A program made the translations under genes and the position numbers. Source: Eukaryota sp. GEM-RC1 (lineage: Eukaryota). Taken from it: a stretch of DNA of 64,000 nt. Each line of letters opens with the position of its first letter. Within the stretch, counting starts at the first letter, position 1. Shown piece by piece: positions 58,231-64,000 of this stretch. The DNA is taken from positions 992,001 through 1,056,000 of the forward strand of contig JAUFOQ010000002.1 in NCBI GenBank assembly GCA_040285855.1, read 5' to 3'. The notes under the pieces were generated by a model. The model ran no database searches. It saw only the letters and a program-made list of their open reading frames with translations, and was not told the DNA's origin.

Positions 58231-60215
58231 TATGTTTTAGAGTACATATTAAGACCAATAAAATGATTGGTTCTAACTCTACAATATAAATCATCTTCCT
58301 TCTATAGTTTCTTCGTCCTGAAACACCAGTGAGTGATGATGAGAAATAGGGAGAATTGTCATATGAGTGGAAGTAGAACCGATCAATTTATTACAACACA
58401 GAACATATATATATGTTACTACTTGAGAATTTGAACTACATTGTACATACAATTTTCAAAAATGAATGTTATGATACTACACTTATGATGTCAAGTTGAT
58501 ACCTCCATATTGACTGGATTCTCACTTTCCTCACATTTTAACCAAGGATCTCCTCCATTGAAGTAAAGTCAATTCTTGTTAATATTTGTCGGCGAATCAA
58601 CAGAGAGTTGATTCTCATGAAAATGTCATGTTTCCCTCAAATTTGTGAACAATAAAATGGATACAATATTGAACATTCACACAACGTAGAGCGTTTATTA
58701 TCTTTCTGATACATACACATAAATAAAACGACTTTTATTGGCCCCAAATCTGTCAATGTTCTTAAACTGTACATCAGTTCCCAACGTATTTGGAAAAATT
58801 GAATACCATTAATAGTCTCACGGAGACTAAATGCGAAGTGAGCCTAAATGTCAACTGAGACTAGTTATTGTCGCCAGTGTAGGTTATTAGAGGGATAGGT
58901 GGAATGAACAAATCATGGTTATTGGTTCTTGTTTTTGGATGCTAAAGTCTCTATCATGTAGTCCAAGAATCTACTGTGCCTTATTCGATTTTTTACAGTT
59001 TCTCTTACTCACCTGTAAAGCAAGCAAGCACACCGCTACAGAATACCCTTTTTAATTCCTGCTACAAAATGAATCACAATGAAGCATTTGTCTGTGTTTA
59101 ACTGGAATAAGTTCGAACCACAATGAGCTATTTCTGGTAATACTGTTTCACTGGCTTACAAGAACGATCGATAGCGTTTCTGTCTTCCACTCTTTGTGTT
59201 CAGCAGGATATTGGAAATTGAAAATTTCATTTTCTACAAATTTTCGTCCAATTTATCAGAGTTAGTCTCGTGCATTATTATGACTGGTGGTTTTTTCCCC
59301 ATCTCTGCAAGTAAGCCTAAGAAGACTCCGTCGATGTAGTTTGTAGTCTATCAGAATGCTTCGAATGATATTAGGGCTACAACACCTTAATGTACCTTAC
59401 ACTTCCGTAAAGTTAAATAAAAAGCAACCCATAATTTGGATCAGGGCTTGTAAATGTTTTTTTGCAGCAAACTTCGGAAGTGTTCTATTTATTATATCAT
59501 ACAGTATTTTAAAAAAAAATAGCAATAATCAGAGACTTACAATCGGTAAAGAAATTTCACATCACTCTAAATGATAACCGAAATAACTGTGAAAGAGTCG
59601 GGTGTGAAAGCAAATGAAAACAGAAAATTACAAGCAGACAAACTAACATTTTACAATTACTATTACAACTCCTGGAAGGAATAATCGTTGCAGATGACGA
59701 TGGTGATGACGTTTACTCGGATGAATACGATACAAACAATTGACAGTAGTGAAAGATGGGAACCAATAACCAAACCAGACCATGTTTGACTATCATATTT
59801 CATAATATTGTAATAGTTATTGCTGGACACAAATAATGTGATGTAGTTTTGAAATATGTCTCACATTTATTTAAATGTTCTTGGTCATGTCTGACTGGGT
59901 ATACTTCATCTGCAAACCTTGTTTTAAAACCAATCAAATCTAAATTGTAATTCTAATTGTTATAAACGTTTAGGTAATGTCGAAGAGTCAAAGCAGGCGT
60001 CGAATGATTTACACTGCAACAATTTGTATTACAATGGCTAAAAGAACTGTGTAGTAGGGGTGTACAAGACTTGAGTCGAACTCAGTTTATTGTAAGTCTG
60101 AGTGTGAGTTCGACTCACCGTATCTGAGTCTGAGTCTCACTTCATAAACAATCTTCATTTAGTAAAAACATCGTTTCTGAAGTGTTGAGTGTTCTGCCGA
60201 CTTACAGAGGATTAC

Positions 60216-60266
60216 GTTGAGTTATGAAGGACATTGAGTTATGAAGGACGTTGAGTTATGAAGGAC
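60216..60266. repeat. 17-bp tandem repeat x3
   Basis: (G/A)TTGAGTTATGAAGGAC. Confidence 0.9.
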
Positions 60267-60702
60267 CTTTAAATTGTTGATGACAGAAAAGAGACACTCT
60301 AAAATATGGTAATCTTCAAGTCTATTATGAAATATCATGATTTACTATTGTTAAGATAATTTAATATGAAACACCTGAGTCTGAGTCTTAACACAGCTTC
60401 AGTCTAAACTTGATGTTGCAGCGGAGCATCGATACATGTACAGTAACAGTATAATTAAGGTATACTGTTTGTGAATTCAATGATACATTATCAATAAACA
60501 GTAAACAGTACTTGCATTCTCGTTATTCAGGTCGATGTACCGCTATTTTGACGGGATTTTGGCCAAGTTATACAGGAATAACTATTCTATCCAGTAGTTT
60601 TGGGATCCATTGTAGTACTGTTAATTAGTTTGTCCTTCTGTTATTGTATTAGATAATGGTTATTGACCATAAAGCCCCTTTGTATAAACAGTAATGATTG
60701 TA

Positions 60703-60787
60703 CAGTATAATCTCTCCAATTGAAACACCTCGGTGAATGACGTTTTGTTTCAATTAGAGAGAGTTTTCAATTGCAGAGACTATACTG
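60703..60787. mobile_element. 85-bp TA-flanked MITE
   Basis: 23-bp TIR CAGTATA(A/G)TCTCT(C/G)CAATTGAAA, TA on both sides. Confidence 0.8.
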
Positions 60788-60984
60788 TACGCGAAACTGA
60801 ACACATTTTTCTTCTAAATCCTTCTTCCGTTTCAAAAACCTCTGAATCATTAGAACGTGTACTAACCAAACCAATTAAGAGGGTACATTGTTTGTTCTTT
60901 ATGCTTCCGTTCAGTATTTGCTACATTTCTTACAAATAATATTAATATTAAATTTGAAATTCGGATTCAATCTATTCAATTCTC

Positions 60985-62509
60985 ATGTCCTTCTCCCTTC
61001 CTCCAGCAGACACTCTCACAGTTCTTCTCAATGATTCGTCCTTTTCAAATCAAACCATTTCCTTTGGAGAAGAGTCTATCGAAGTAAACAAATCTATCCT
61101 CGCTGCTCACTCCACTTACTTCCGATCCCTTTGGATCTTACAGTTTAGTGACAAACACGAAAACCCTATTGATTTCTCACATCTGTCCGTTAGTTCTCAC
61201 AATTTCTTTTCTTTTATCAAGTCTTTCTATGGACAATCATTCACCCTCAATGAGAATAATGCCTATGACTTCTACTACCTCACTGATTACTTTCAAGTAG
61301 ACAAACTCAAGCAAAACATCGACACTCATCTTAATACTCACCTTGCAACTTGGTCTTGGTTAAAGCCATTCATTAAAGATTCAGATGAAAGAAACGACTT
61401 GAGAGCTCTGGAATTCGTTTGCCCTTTCTTATCTAAGACTTCGGATATTTTGATCGATGACGTGATGACAATCACTAATGAAGGGTTCAAAATACTGGCC
61501 AACTGTTGTACTTCCACTCAATCACAATCGTGGTTTCTCAAATCGATGGTACATTCAATTTTAAACAAAAATTGAATCTGAATGATTTTCCAATTATTTT
61601 AAATTCTTGCTCAGTCGAAAATCTTTCATTCAAACAATGGGATGAGTATCTTTTTGCTCCTTTAAAAAATGTTGAAGAATTGGAAGACGATTTGATGAAG
61701 TTTTTGTTTACAAGAGTTAAGAATCTGTATTTTGACTCTTTGGAGAAGGAAAATTCAGAGTTGAAAAATGAGAATGTTCAATTAAAGGAAAAAACTTCGG
61801 ACTATCAACAGATATTCATGTTTTAAATGACGAACTTAACGGTTTAAAAGCAAACATATCGGCTTTAGAGAACGACAATGCTGATTTGAAGACAAATATC
61901 TCTAATTTGGTAATTGAAAATGATGGTCTAAAAACAGAAAATTCTAAAATTGTTACAAATCTTTCAACTCTAAAAGACGATCTTGAAGAATTAAAACAAA
62001 GTGTGACAGAAACTCAAATGGTTTCCCAATCCAAAACAATGAGATTCTCACAAACCAGAAAGCATTCTCAATTGCAAGTCAGTGAGGACAAGAAGAGAGT
62101 TGGTTTTGGAAGTGGTTCCAGAGTGATAAGAAATATAATGGGAGAAGATCCACTTCTTCCTGAGAATGTCTACACGTGGAAGTTGTGGTACCAGGGGAAT
62201 ACTAATCATCTTCTAGTTGGAGTCATTGATGAGTCCAAATTTAGTGTTGAAGGACGGTGTCATGATGATGCTCACTGTTATAGTAGTCATAATCAAGCGT
62301 TTGGTTGTCTTTCAGGCAGCAAAACTAAGTGGAATCCTGGTGAATTACTCGAAATCACTGTGGATTTAATTAATTACAAACTAACAATCGAATGTGTTGG
62401 TTCATCTTCAATTTACCTTTCTGGAACTCTTCCCAGGTTAAGCAGCGGCAACTATTATCCGTTTGCAAGATTGTATTTTAGCGATCACGTTCTTGATGTC
62501 GTGGAATAA
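60985..62509 (+). CDS. BTB/POZ, coiled coil and SPRY/B30.2-like protein
   Basis: VNKSILAAHSTYFRSL..DYFQV..L; heptads; YTWKL..LVGVID..YYPFARL; two A-run frameshifts (61567-61571, 61789-61794). Confidence 0.8.
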
Positions 62510-62586
62510 AGTTTGATACTTTGATAACAAGTACTGTACAATGTATAAGGAACTTTTTGAATTGACAATTTCATCACAAATTTTGC

Positions 62587-63420
62587 TAGAGCTGTAAAAC
62601 GGCTCGGCTCAAGCCGTAAGCCGATCACAAGTCATATCCAAATTTGGCTTGACTTACACAAATAACTCAAGCCAAAGCCAAACCTTATGGCTCAAGCCGT
62701 GGCTTGAACTTAATTCGAACAATAAAAAAGTAACTGAACAAGTTGACCAAGTTCACAACGAAAGTCATCTCATAAAACGTACATAGAAGTCAAGTATATA
62801 CAAACGACACATCCATGATTGTGATCAGTATAATATTCTTAGTTAGATACTTCTCTCACCAAGGAATTTTTACGTTTCCCACCACTTCCCCAGATGGTCA
62901 TGTGTGGCAGAAGATCAATTTCAAAGGTACAAGAGTTTTTATCCAAATTATATTAAATCGTGTCTTATGTGGTGCAAACTGCACCACAATGTAGGAATAT
63001 CCTACCTTAGAGATTTCCTGATCATTCCTAAAATTTCAATTCCACGTGATAGGGTTTTCTCCGTTACTGGCCACCAAGTGCAAAAAAAAGATCATCACTT
63101 GACGAAGAATCTCTAACTTCGTTCATGCTTAAAGGATTGGCTCAATTATGGATATGAATTAGTTGATTGTAGTGATGACGAAAATCATATGAAATCTGCT
63201 CATTTTTTAGACGCACAGGACATCAAGGTGTTCATCCTTCTTTGTACTAAAACGACAGTAGTTTGTGATGAGTTTCTTCAATAGAAACAATTACACAATA
63301 TTTACTTATTCAAGCCGAAAAAATCGACTTGGTTCGGTTTCAAGTCGACTTGTTACTTTGGCTTGGCTTACTCAAATGACTCAAGCCACAGCTAAGCCAG
63401 ATTGGAATTTTACAAGCCAT
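62587..63420 (+). mobile_element. Degenerate hAT derivative with dimerisation-domain remnant
   Basis: TAGAGCTGTAAAA left end, AGCC/GGCT subterminal repeats at both ends, RDFLIIP..SIP.DRVFS.TG remnant. Confidence 0.6.
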
Positions 63421-64000
63421 CGAAAAGTCTAAATTTTGTCTTGTTGATGGGGCTACCTTTTCTATATCGTTTTCTACAGAAGTTTGCATCACATCGGGCT
63501 TTTCCACTGAATGAAAGTGACGATTCAACCCACACAAAGATCGCCATAGACTGCCGATACTTTTTACGCGTTTTTATCGGCAAGTTCTTTCCTGATCGAA
63601 CAAAAGGAGTTGACTTGAGTCATGTACTTTACTTGTTCAACCAGTTCTTCTTGGGCTTGAAACGTTCCAACATCTCTTGCGTAGTGTTTGATGGAGTTTC
63701 TCAACGGGATGATACCAATCCCATGAATGACAGAACTCCAAGACCTTTAAAGTTTCTTCGATGGACCCGTAGTTATCCCACGTTCTTTGGTGCCCAGTTT
63801 TTACTACACTGGGCAGCTGTCCAGGCAGGCCACGAGCTGCGTGTTTACTCTGGTCGTTATGATTCCATCATGATTAATTCAGTAGTTGAAGGAGAGTGCT
63901 CCTTCTGTATTTGCCGGCCAGTACTAATCCCTAACTTCTCCTTCGCAGTTCTCCCCAATGAAGTGTGGAACGAAGTCGTCCATCTATTTGTCTCGGGAAG

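Larger units (their letters stand above)
57391..58879. mobile_element. TA-flanked non-autonomous element related to 19975-20723, with nested MITEs
   Basis: TA|CACCGACGACAATAATTAGTCTCA ... TGAGACTAGTTATTGTCGCCAGTG|TA. Confidence 0.75.

Noticed and set aside
63430..64000. GC-richer minus-strand relic, faintly like an integrase zinc-binding region
   Set aside because: Multiple stops, truncated by the window edge, motifs too weak to call.

Overview
This is AT-rich eukaryotic nuclear DNA from a compact-genome protist; tiny introns and a beta-first transhydrogenase suggest an anaerobic metamonad-like lineage, which is inference only. Gene islands encode kinesin-14, a kinesin-3-like FHA protein, Eco1-like acetyltransferase, an alpha/beta hydrolase, an XRCC1-type BRCT protein, BPI/LBP, an acid-sphingomyelinase-like enzyme, LRR, LRR-ankyrin and BTB-SPRY proteins, and a bacterial-type NamZ/DUF1343 enzyme. 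They alternate with dense, often nested transposon tracts: many hAT families with 8-bp TSDs, MULEs, TA-flanked MITEs and restriction-like-endonuclease (RLE) non-LTR fragments. Spliceosomal introns are 28-34 nt. About a dozen single-base frameshifts lie in homopolymers and are probably sequencing errors. Most notable: (1) three NAD(P) transhydrogenase paralogs with a beta-dIII-alpha(TM) layout that lacks domain I, one of them a mosaic; (2) a decayed module of hairpin tandem repeats, a 2A ribosomal-skipping motif and a Ulp1-type protease; (3) a likely laterally acquired peptidoglycan exo-muramidase; (4) a retroelement family ending in oligo(T); (5) a hAT transposase that is intact apart from one nested insertion.
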